NCBI GenBank assembly: GCA_001600695.1
Contig: BCKQ01000013.1
Coordinates: forward strand, 188,045 to 252,044
Length of the DNA stretch: 64,000 nucleotides
Source of the DNA: Ascoidea asiatica JCM 7603
Taxonomy: Eukaryota > Fungi > Ascomycota
Reading direction: 5' to 3'
Shown: positions 45,440 through 55,178 of the stretch, in pieces
How the letters are laid out: each line of letters begins with the position of its first letter
How positions within the stretch are numbered: position 1 is the first letter of the stretch
Notes under the pieces: model-generated
Seen by the model: the letters and a program-made list of their open reading frames with translations, nothing else
The model's database searches: none
Told to the model about the DNA's origin: nothing
Position numbers and translations under genes: made by a program

Positions 45440-46009
45440 TTGGAAAATTGTTGTTATAAATGTGGAAAATTTGGTAAATTAAATAAAAATTTAATAATTT
45501 GTAATTTTTGTAATTTATTTTGGCATCTTGATTGTTTAAATCCTCCATTAACTTCAATAATAAAATTTAAAAATAAATCTTGGAAATGTCCTTTACATAT
45601 AGATGATTTATTACCTTTTAAGAAAAAAAATAAAATTCTTAAAAAATCAATTTCAATTATTCCAAATTCAAGATTTTTTAAAAATAATGGTAATATTGAA
45701 ATTTTAAATATTGAAGATGAAAATAATTTATATAATAATAATAATAATAATAATATTAATAATAATATTAATACAATTTTAGATAATAATTTTAATACTA
45801 AAAATGGTATTTCTTCAAATTATTCAAAACAAATGTTAAAATTAATTAAAAATAATGATAAAATTATTTATAAAATTCCTGAAAGATTAATTATCCTTGA
45901 TTTCATCTCAACTATTAATAATAATAAAAATATTCATTTATTTAATTTATTTAAAAATTATAATAATTTAAATTTAAATATCATTAATCAATTTTTAAAT
46001 GATCTTAAA

Positions 46010-46051
<42 letters not shown>

Positions 46052-46408
46052 GAAGAATATTTAAATAAATTTGAAGCTATAATTTCTTTAATGGAACTTA
46101 AAATTAATGGTGATAATAAAAATCATTTAATTACTTCTAAAAAAGATGTAAATGATTTTTTAAATGAATTAAATTTTAAAAAAAATAAAAAAAAATTATT
46201 ATCTAATTTTAATACTAACCAAAATATTAATCAAAATAATTTAGATAATATAAATAATATAAATAATATAAATAATATAAATAATACAGAAGACAATCTT
46301 AATGATGATGAAATTCAATTATTATTAAATTTGAAAGATTTAATTAAAAAAAAGAAAAACAGTAAAGAGAAAATTCTAAAATTTCTAGATTTTGATAAAT
46401 CACTTTAA
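44243..46408 (+). CDS. RCO1: Rpd3S subunit with two PHD fingers
   Basis: NDDFCSVCGEPGYFICCENCPKSFHFTCCYPP..WYCKEC; INPINFNLP; CYKC..CNFC..WHLDCLNPP..WKCPLH; NNGNIEI. Confidence 0.88.
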
Positions 46409-46721
46409 TCTCTCTTTCCCTTTAATCTCTCTTTCCCTTTAATCTTTAGTCATTAATCTTTAATTACTAAGTGTATATTCAATTCAAATAACTTATTTAC
46501 ATTCATTTCCTATTCTTTCTATTCTTCTTACCCTTATTATCATTCTTATTCCTTTTCTCTTATTCTATATTTTGTACAATAATCAATATCAATAAATTCA
46601 TAAGAACCTTTTAAACCTTCATTATTTTAATTTTGATAATTTTGTAATTTTGAATTACTATATCGGGAAACCGTACACGGCAGTACTACTTACCGTTAAG
46701 CACCTTAGAGTACGTCTAATA

Positions 46722-46753
46722 TTACCCGATTCGGTTCTGCCCGATTCGGTCTC
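46722..46753. promoter_or_regulatory. Duplicated CCCGATTCGGT (Reb1-like TTACCCG / Mcm1-like CC-N6-GG), with RRPE-like GAAAATTTT nearby at ~46778
   Basis: 11-bp direct repeat at 46725 and 46740, upstream of a ribosome-associated gene. Confidence 0.45.
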
Positions 46754-46952
46754 ATTTTCTCAAAAGTCAATTCAAAAGAAAATTTTCTACTTTGTGAAAT
46801 CTGCGATTGAATTTATCCTTAAACATATTTGAATTCTTCTCTTTATTTAAACTTACATTATTTTTATAAAGAAAGAAATCTCTTATTTTATAATATTTTA
46901 AATAATTTATAGAAACTCTTTTTAAATACAATTCAATTATTTATCAATCAAA

Positions 46953-48149
46953 ATGTCAAAAGAAGTAAAAGAATCTAAACAAGATTATTCAATTAATAAT
47001 TCTGATGTTATTTCAAAATATCGTACTGCAGGTGATATTTCTTTAAAAGTTTTAAATGAAATTAAAAAATTATGTATTCCAGGTTCAAATATTTTTGAAA
47101 TTTGTGTATTTGGTGATGAATTAATTGAAGATGAATGTTCTAAAATTTATAATAGTAAAAAAAATAAAGTTAATTCAAAAGGTATTGCATTTCCAGTAAC
47201 AATTTCTCCAAATAATATTGCAGCTCATTTAACTCCAATTACAAGTGATGATAAAGATTCAAATTTAATTTTAAAAAAAAATGATTTAGTTAAAATTCAA
47301 TTAGGTACACAAATTGATGGTTTTGCTTCAATTTTATCTGATTCTTTTGTTATTGGTTTAGATAAAAATGAAAAAATTACTGGTAAAATTGCTGATGTTA
47401 TTGCTGCTGCATATTATTCAACTGAAGCTGCTTTAAGAACAATTAAAGAAAATAAAAAAAATTTTGATGTAACTTCAATTATTAATAAAGTTTCAAAATC
47501 TTTTGAATGTACTCCATTAGAAGGTATGCTTTCTCATAATCAAGAACGTAATGTTTTAGATGGTCCAAAAGAAATTATTATTAATCCAAATGAATCACAA
47601 AGAGCTTCTGTTGTACCTGTTAATTTTAAAGTTGGTGAAGTTTATGGTTTAGATATTTTAATTTCTACAAGTAAAGATGGTAAAGTTAAAGAAACTGATA
47701 TTAAAACTGCCATTTATAAAATAACTGGTACAAATTATTCTTTAAAATTAAAAGCTTCTCATAAAGTTTTAGCTGAAATTAAAAAGAAAGCTTCTGTTTT
47801 TCCATTTTCTTCTCGTAATTTAGATGATCCAGTAAAAGGTAGAATGGGTTTAATAGAATGTGTAAATCATAATGTTATTAATGCTTATGATGTTATGGCT
47901 GAAAAAGAAGATGAAATAATTGCTCAATTTTATACTACTGTAGCTTTAACTAAAAATGGTCTTGTTAAATTAGCTTCTTCTAATTTTGATATTAATCAAG
48001 TTGATACTAAATTTAAAATTACTGATGAAAAAATCTTAGAACTTTTATCAACTCCTTTAAAAACTAATAAAAAAAATAAAAAGAAGAAGACTAAATCTGA
48101 ATCTGATTCAAAAGTTGAAACAAAAGTCGAACAAACTCCAGCTAAATAA
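46953..48149 (+). CDS. Curved-DNA-binding protein Cdb4 / Ebp1 (PA2G4) homologue, inactive M24 peptidase fold
   Basis: VISKYRTAGDI, KGIAFPVTISPNN, DLVKIQLGTQIDGF, PLEGMLSH, EVYGLDILIST, FPFSSR, MGLIECVNH, AQFYTTV; Lys-rich tail. Confidence 0.9.
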   Translation: MSKEVKESKQDYSINNSDVISKYRTAGDISLKVLNEIKKLCIPGSNIFEICVFGDELIEDECSKIYNSKKNKVNSKGIAFPVTISPNNIAAHLTPITSDDKDSNLILKKNDLVKIQLGTQIDGFASILSDSFVIGLDKNEKITGKIADVIAAAYYSTEAALRTIKENKKNFDVTSIINKVSKSFECTPLEGMLSHNQERNVLDGPKEIIINPNESQRASVVPVNFKVGEVYGLDILISTSKDGKVKETDIKTAIYKITGTNYSLKLKASHKVLAEIKKKASVFPFSSRNLDDPVKGRMGLIECVNHNVINAYDVMAEKEDEIIAQFYTTVALTKNGLVKLASSNFDINQVDTKFKITDEKILELLSTPLKTNKKNKKKKTKSESDSKVETKVEQTPAK

Positions 48150-48259
48150 TTTTAAATCTTCTTTAAACTCTTTAAAGTAATAAATTGTCAATGAAATGTC
48201 TTTTTTTTTTTCAAATAATTATAAAAATAAAAATTGTAGTCACCCATATACTCATTTAT

Positions 48260-50848
48260 TTATTTTCTTATATTTTTTAATTCTAAAATTTTTTTAGAAT
48301 CTGGAACACTCAGAAGTGCTTTCGATATTATAGAATCTATATTTGATTTATTTTGAGAATTTCTTATTTCAAATTGAATTTTTTCATACCAAATATCTTC
48401 ATCTAAAGGAATCTTTAATAAAGCTCTATCAAGTACAGATCTTGCTCTAATGATATTTTTTTCTTTAAATTCAACTAATTTCGAAAATAATATCCAAATT
48501 TTTGAAGATTTTGGACATTTACGACATCCATCTCTATAAGTTAATCTTGCATTATTAAAATCTTTTTGATCTTCATATATTTGTCCTTGTTGTATATAAA
48601 ATTCAGAATAATCATCAAATTTTAATAAAGCTTTTTTAACAAAATTTAATGCTTCATTTTCTCTATTCATAATTTTTTCAAATTCTATACTTTTTACCCA
48701 AATTTCTGGTTTATTTATTTTCAAACGAGCTTCTTCAAGAGTAATCTTTAAATCTTCATATAATTTATTTTCCATTTCTAATTTTATTATTGCTAACCAA
48801 ATTTCACTGGAATCTGGTAATATTAATAATGCTCTTTTTAATATTGTTTTAGATTTCATTACATCTCCATCTGTCCAAATATCTTTAGCATATCTTAACC
48901 AAAACTCAGTGAAATTTGGATTAGAATTAACAGAATCTTCATATATTTTATAAAGAGTATCTTTAGAATTATGTTCTTTTGCAATAATTATCAATTGTCT
49001 CCATATTGAGATTTCTTCTTTATATTTACTTAAAATAAATCTTAATATTGTTTCTGCAGAGATATAATTAGAAGAATTAAGACAATATTCAATATCATCT
49101 TGTAATAAATCAATGAATTCATCTTTTGATAAAACATTTGAGTTATTTGAATTTAAATTATTAGAAAGCTGATTACTTTCTTTATTTATGTTTTGGTCAA
49201 AATTAAGACCTAATGTTATAGTATTATTTACAATAACTTTTGTAGTATTTGGAAAATGTTCATTTTCACATATTATAGCTTGATGTAACCATTCTTTTCT
49301 TGAAGTTTTATTTTCATGTTCAATCAATTTCAAAAAACCAGTTTTAAATATATCTTCAATTTTCCCAATTATAATCTCAAAAGATTTATTTGAAATTTCT
49401 TTTTCTTCTAATTTACAAATTTCAATTAAAAGTTTTTCTGAACTTGGAATTTTTTCTAAAGCTTTATTAAGTATTTTTTTCTTTGATTCATAATCCTTTT
49501 GTAAATTATATAAATCAAACCATAAATTAACAGATTTAGGTAATAATTGTAATGAACCATTTAATAATTTTATTTTATCAATATCTTCAGTTTCAAGATC
49601 AATTGCAATTTTCCATAAATTATAATTGTATTTCAATTGACTTAAAGCTTTTCTTATTATTCTTTTTTTATCAAAAATTTCAGTTTCAAGATTATAAGCT
49701 TTTAACCAAAGTTTTTCACTTTTTGGATTATAATTTAAAGCTTCTAAAATAATTTTTTTACAAATTTGATTATTATTTAAATTTATATTTATATTTTCAA
49801 TCCAAATATTTTCATCTTTTCTACATAAACTACAACCTTTCGATAATAATTTTTTTGCTTCTTTAAAATTTTTTGCTTGAATTTCAATTTTTGCACTTGA
49901 AATCCAATATGAAGGATTAAATTGATCTCTTTTTCTTAAAGATTTTAATATTAATCTTGATTTATTTACATCTCTTATTGCTTGATCATCAAATAAAATT
50001 GAAGAGTCATTATTAAAGTTATCATTATTATCTATATTTAATGAATTATTTGAAAATGGATTACGATCTTTATCCAATCTTTCACTAAGCAATTTGACTC
50101 TAGCTTTAGTTAATTTAGTAAAATCAGTTTTTTGATCAATATAATTTAGATCATTCTCATCATTTTCATTCTCTGAATTATTTTTTTCATTATTATTAAA
50201 ATCAGAAGTAAAATCTGAGTTAAAATCATTTAAATTTTCTTCCGGATTTATCATATAATCAGATTCATTTTGATTTCTTAAACCATTTAAAACAGAATCA
50301 GAAACTGCATAAAATCTTTGTTGAGATTGTCTTTCTAATCTTTCTCTTTTATTTCTTTTTGTTAAATCACCAGGTTCTGGTAAATTTAACCATTCATCTT
50401 CAGTAACAGTTGATAAAGCTCTTTTTAAATCTTGAAATTGAGAATTTATATCATTTGGATCAGTTTCTTCTTGAGTTTTAATTTCAATTTGATTTCTTTT
50501 ACGTTTTTTATTAGAATTTAATTTATTAAAATTTATTGATCTTAATGTTTTTTTATCTTTTAATCTTTTATCTAAACTTTCATAAATTAAATCAGCTTCT
50601 TCATCTTCTTTGTCTATAATATTGGAGGATAATAATCCATTTTCATCAGCATCTTGAAACTCAGAATCTGAAGAATCATTGTTATCATTGTTATTATTAT
50701 TAATGTTATTGTTATTATTATTCTCAAAACCATGAGTAGTTTTTAAAGAACCTAAATCAGATCTTGTAGTGAAACCAGCAGCTCCTCTTCCAATACCTGC
50801 TACATACCCCTTTGGAGCAGGCATATTAAGGAAATTCTTTCGATCCAT
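48260..50848 (-). CDS. PRP6: U4/U6.U5 tri-snRNP splicing factor Prp6
   Basis: FLNMPAPKGYVAGIGRGAAGFTTRSDLG, DEEADLIY, QFQDLKRALSTVTEDEWLNLPEPGDLT, followed by HAT/TPR repeats. Confidence 0.95.
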   Translation of the reverse strand: MDRKNFLNMPAPKGYVAGIGRGAAGFTTRSDLGSLKTTHGFENNNNNNINNNNNDNNDSSDSEFQDADENGLLSSNIIDKEDEEADLIYESLDKRLKDKKTLRSINFNKLNSNKKRKRNQIEIKTQEETDPNDINSQFQDLKRALSTVTEDEWLNLPEPGDLTKRNKRERLERQSQQRFYAVSDSVLNGLRNQNESDYMINPEENLNDFNSDFTSDFNNNEKNNSENENDENDLNYIDQKTDFTKLTKARVKLLSERLDKDRNPFSNNSLNIDNNDNFNNDSSILFDDQAIRDVNKSRLILKSLRKRDQFNPSYWISSAKIEIQAKNFKEAKKLLSKGCSLCRKDENIWIENININLNNNQICKKIILEALNYNPKSEKLWLKAYNLETEIFDKKRIIRKALSQLKYNYNLWKIAIDLETEDIDKIKLLNGSLQLLPKSVNLWFDLYNLQKDYESKKKILNKALEKIPSSEKLLIEICKLEEKEISNKSFEIIIGKIEDIFKTGFLKLIEHENKTSRKEWLHQAIICENEHFPNTTKVIVNNTITLGLNFDQNINKESNQLSNNLNSNNSNVLSKDEFIDLLQDDIEYCLNSSNYISAETILRFILSKYKEEISIWRQLIIIAKEHNSKDTLYKIYEDSVNSNPNFTEFWLRYAKDIWTDGDVMKSKTILKRALLILPDSSEIWLAIIKLEMENKLYEDLKITLEEARLKINKPEIWVKSIEFEKIMNRENEALNFVKKALLKFDDYSEFYIQQGQIYEDQKDFNNARLTYRDGCRKCPKSSKIWILFSKLVEFKEKNIIRARSVLDRALLKIPLDEDIWYEKIQFEIRNSQNKSNIDSIISKALLSVPDSKKILELKNIRK

Positions 50849-51223
50849 CTTTTCTTTTGGTTATCAAATATATATTCTTTATTTGGATGTCTTGATTATA
50901 ATTTAACTTATAAATATTTAATAAAAGTTTATAACTTGCTCAAGTCTTTTAAAAAAAAAACATTTACAGCTATTTCCATTTAAAGTTAGAAAATCGAAAT
51001 ATTTGAAAACACAGCGGTAAGCGGCTCAGTTCATTAAATTGTTAATAAATACAAAAGAAGATAACGAAGAAGTTCGAGTTTATGAAGAGAATATTTATTA
51101 ATATTATTTAGACTATAAAGAGAGAATTGAAATCGTTGATAAAGAATTAATAAAAGAGAAAAAGAAAGAGAGGGAACTTTTAAGTATATATATATATATA
51201 TATATAAGTCAATGAAAAAAAGA

Positions 51224-53833
51224 TTATATAACGTTATTAATGTTTGGTAAAGAGATTTGATTAATGTATTGTAATTTTTGAAAATCTTTAAAATTTGGAT
51301 CATTTAAGAAATTGAATAAAATAATATCATTAATAATTAAATTTGAGATTAATCTTTGAGAGTTTATTGAAATTTTATTATCTAAAACAAAACTCATAAT
51401 TAATCTTGAAACGTATAAAAATTTATTTGTATTTGAAAAATTTAAAATATCATAAGTTATTGAATCATTTTGAAAGTTAGGAATATAATTATTGTAATTT
51501 TGATTTAAAGTAGGGTTGGGATTTTGATTTTGATTTTGATTTGTATGTAAATTTTGATTTTGATTTTGATTTTGATTTTGATATTGATATTGAAATTGAT
51601 ATTGATTTTGAAATTGATATTGATATTGATATTGATTTTGATTTTGATATTGATATTGATTTTGATTTTGATTTGATGATAAAACTAAAGATTGTGAATT
51701 ATTTATGATATTATTATTTGGAGAAGAATTGAATTGAATACCATTATTATTTAGCATATCATTATTTAAATTATCAATAATATATTGTTCTCTTTTAATA
51801 TTTAAATTATTTTTTGGTTTACCAAATTTAACTTGACCATTATTATAAGATAAAACAGATAAAGGATTATCATTATTATTATTATCATTATTATTATTAT
51901 TTGGCATATTATTTAAATCAATAAAATTAGTATTTTCAGTGTATTGATTTGGATTATATTGATTTTCAATATATTGATTTTGATTTTGATTTTGAATTGG
52001 GATTTCATTTCCATTATTATTATTATTATTATTATTTTTATTAATATTTTCATATTCATTCATATTTTCATTATTATTATCATTACTATTATTATAATCA
52101 TAATCAATTGAATTTTGAATGGTATCACCATAATAATTATAATTATTTGAAATTATATTATCTTTAGCTTTAATTAAAAATTTATGAAAAATTATAAGAT
52201 AATCACAAGCATGTGGTATACAAAATTTTTTAAACCAAGATTTTTTTTGTTGAAATTTTTTATAAATTAAATAATTTTCTTTATTTAATTTATTTTTTTT
52301 TCTTAAATTAATAATATTTGAATTTGGTTTTAATTGTAAATTTATATTAATATCATTTAAATCATTATCATTTAATAAATCATCATTTGAACTAATATTA
52401 TTAAAATTTTGTGGATAAAAATTTTTTAAATTTTTAAAAAAATTTTCAACTTCATAATTTTCTAAATTAAATGAATTTTTTTTATAATTCCAATTTAAAA
52501 ATAAAGAAAAAGAATTTAAAATAAAAAATTTCCAATATTTATATTCATCTTTTAAAATTTTAAAATGTTTTTTTAATTTTGATTTATGAAATTTATTAAC
52601 TTTTGCTTTTAATGGAAAATTTAAATTTAAATTTTTTGTTATAAAATTCCAAGAATTTAAAGAAAGGTAACATTCATCAATATTTAAATTTAAATTTTTT
52701 TTTAAAAATTTTATATTTTGAGGATTATTAAATTCATTAATTAATAAAGTTATAAAAAGGTTATTCATTTCTTTTGACCATTTTGAAGCATCAATTTGAG
52801 TTCTATCTCTTTTTTTATAAGTTCTAGTTGTAGTTTTAGTAATTTTTGAAATTTTTGGTGGTATTGAATTTGATAATTTTTCTAATTTTACTTCATTAAC
52901 TTCATTACTTACTTCATTACTTCCTTCATTACTTACATCATTACTTACTTCTTTACTTACATCATTACTTACTTCATGACTCTGACTATCATTATCTATT
53001 TGCTTATCGTTATCGTTTTCGTTTTCGTTTTCGTTATCATTATCATTATCTAATTGATTAACATTATTTAATTGATTATCAGTATCTAATTGAGAATGAG
53101 ATTGAGATAGTGGAACAGGTGAATTATTTAATGAATTACCTAATGAAGTATTATTTAGGTTATCATCTGCAATATCATTTTCATTTTCATTATCATTATG
53201 AATATCATTATGAATATCATTAGGAGTATTATCTTCGATATCATTTTCAATATCATTTTCGATATCATTTGAATTGATATTAGAGATATTAATTAAATTA
53301 TCATTAGAATCATTAATTGGAATATTAATTGGAATAATATTTTGATTATCGAGATTAGATTGATTTAAATCAATATTTAATTCATTATCTAATTCATTAT
53401 TTAATTCATTATTTAAGTCATTATTTAATTGATTATCTACATCATTATTTGAATTATTTTTTGAATCATTATTTAATTCATTTGAGATTGTATTTAAATC
53501 AGATTCATTTAAATCATCATAATTTGAAGGAATTGAATCATTTAAAGAATTTGAAAGTTTTGAAAGTTTTGAAAGTTTTGAAATTTTTGAAGGTTTTACA
53601 CTCTTTGTAGATTTTGAAATTTTTGAAGTCTTTGAAGGTTTTGTAATCTTTGATTTTGTAGGTTTTGTAACTTTTGATGTCTTTGTAGTAGTAGTGGTAG
53701 TAGAAGTAGTCTTTGTAGTTTTTGAAGGTCTTGAAGATCTTGTAGATCTTGTTGTCTTTGTAGGTTTTACAATCTTTGTAGGTCTTGTATTTGGTCTTGA
53801 ATAATTTTTAGATAATTCTAAAGAATCTGACAT
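51224..53833 (-). CDS. Low-complexity protein with a central Myb/SANT-like (Myb_DNA-bind_3 / Harbinger ORF1-type) DNA-binding domain
   Basis: KWSKEMNNLFITLLINE...SWNFITKNLN..F..SKLKKHFKILKDEYKYWK...WN (~52470-52786); K/S/T-rich N-terminus, QN/QY repeats and a small helical C-terminal domain. Confidence 0.65.
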   Translation of the reverse strand: MSDSLELSKNYSRPNTRPTKIVKPTKTTRSTRSSRPSKTTKTTSTTTTTTKTSKVTKPTKSKITKPSKTSKISKSTKSVKPSKISKLSKLSKLSNSLNDSIPSNYDDLNESDLNTISNELNNDSKNNSNNDVDNQLNNDLNNELNNELDNELNIDLNQSNLDNQNIIPINIPINDSNDNLINISNINSNDIENDIENDIEDNTPNDIHNDIHNDNENENDIADDNLNNTSLGNSLNNSPVPLSQSHSQLDTDNQLNNVNQLDNDNDNENENENDNDKQIDNDSQSHEVSNDVSKEVSNDVSNEGSNEVSNEVNEVKLEKLSNSIPPKISKITKTTTRTYKKRDRTQIDASKWSKEMNNLFITLLINEFNNPQNIKFLKKNLNLNIDECYLSLNSWNFITKNLNLNFPLKAKVNKFHKSKLKKHFKILKDEYKYWKFFILNSFSLFLNWNYKKNSFNLENYEVENFFKNLKNFYPQNFNNISSNDDLLNDNDLNDININLQLKPNSNIINLRKKNKLNKENYLIYKKFQQKKSWFKKFCIPHACDYLIIFHKFLIKAKDNIISNNYNYYGDTIQNSIDYDYNNSNDNNNENMNEYENINKNNNNNNNNGNEIPIQNQNQNQYIENQYNPNQYTENTNFIDLNNMPNNNNNDNNNNDNPLSVLSYNNGQVKFGKPKNNLNIKREQYIIDNLNNDMLNNNGIQFNSSPNNNIINNSQSLVLSSNQNQNQYQYQNQNQYQYQYQFQNQYQFQYQYQNQNQNQNQNLHTNQNQNQNPNPTLNQNYNNYIPNFQNDSITYDILNFSNTNKFLYVSRLIMSFVLDNKISINSQRLISNLIINDIILFNFLNDPNFKDFQKLQYINQISLPNINNVI

Positions 53834-54407
53834 TATGATATAAATATGAATATAAATAAGTAATACAAAATGGAGATTGTAAGAGATTAAGAAGTATAAG
53901 CGGTATAAGAAATATAAAGAATATAAAAAAGTAGATAATAAAGAATAAAGAATGAAATATAAAAGTATTGAAATGAATGTAGAATGAAAATAGATATAAA
54001 AAAAGAAGAGAAAAAAAGTAAAAAAAAGAGGAAATTGGAGATTATTTAAGGAATTTGAAATTAGAATGAAGAATCAGAATCAAAATCAGAAGTAAAAGCA
54101 GTTTTAGAAGACAAACAATGAAAAATGCGGTAAATTCATCTGAAAACACAGCAGAAATTGAGAATTGAGGAAAGAGGAAAGAGGAAATAAAACAGTAAGT
54201 TTAGAAGCGAAGAGTGACTCGTGCGCGATCGCCGGCAGAACTGAAATTCGGTGGCAAGAAAACATAAAAAGAAGAAAAAGAAGAAAAAGAAGAAAAAGAA
54301 CTCGAAACACGGGCAGCAGATTCTGGTGCAACAAAATTGAACAAGATTCTTGCTGCTGCACTTGAAACACCGGGAAAAAGATGTGGTGGCGTGAGGGAGT
54401 GGCTCAG

Positions 54408-54582
54408 AGAAGACCCGACATTATGGGGTTACACACGTCACATGATAAGAAATGCCATGTGATTAAGAGCTGACAAGTTAATGGTCTTGTAGGTGTCATG
54501 TGATAATGGCTACCAAGTTAATGGTCTTATTTATGTCACATGATTGGAACATCCGTTAAAATGGCTTTGCTTATGTCATGCC
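54408..54582 (+). repeat. 40-bp-period composite array: E-box-like G[T/C]CA[C/T][A/G]TGAT plus the CC-N8-GGT motif
   Basis: E-box-like words at 54437, 54454, 54495, 54535 and 54575 (partial); ATGGTCTT/ATGGCTTT at 54481, 54521 and 54561; AGAAGACCC-gacattat-GGG at 54408. Confidence 0.85.
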
Positions 54583-55178
54583 TATACTGTCCTGAAATGT
54601 CTTGTGACTCTGGCCTAAATCCGACACTCTTGCCCTGTAATAGTTCAGGGAGTGTCCCATCGCAGGGGGGTTTCAAAGTGTTTGGTGGTGTGTTTGCAGA
54701 TTTGGCAGTGGTGACAGTGGTGACAGTAGCAGTGGTAGCAGTGTAAATGATAGTGTAACTGTGGTATTCCAGTGTTGAATTATTGTTTTGTATTGAACTG
54801 GCTAATTTACCGTAACTTTACTTTTCTTCAATCAATCTTCATTTATTTTCTTTATATTTGATTTTTATACCTTTATTCCTTATTAAATTCCATATTTATT
54901 TCTTAATTCTTCTTTATTTCTTTATTAATTTGCCCATTTGCTAATTTATCATTTCCTTCTGGGCTGTTATTCAATCTTCATTATATTCATTATTCATTAT
55001 TCATTATTCATTATTCATTATTCATTATCTTATCAATTAAACAATTAATTTCATATATTATTTATCCCTCGCTATTTTATATATATTATATGTAAATATA
55101 CATCCCGCCAATAAAAAAAAATTAAAAAATATAAATAAGAAATATAAATAAATAAATAAGAAAATAAGAAAATAAATA

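Noticed and set aside
46740-46753. Copy of the N8 motif (contains GGTCTC)
   Set aside because: Spacing is CC-N6-GG (Mcm1-like), not N8
54437-54582. Point centromere (CDEI-like GTCACATG)
   Set aside because: No long AT-rich CDEII or CDEIII follows; the region is a GC-rich divergent promoter
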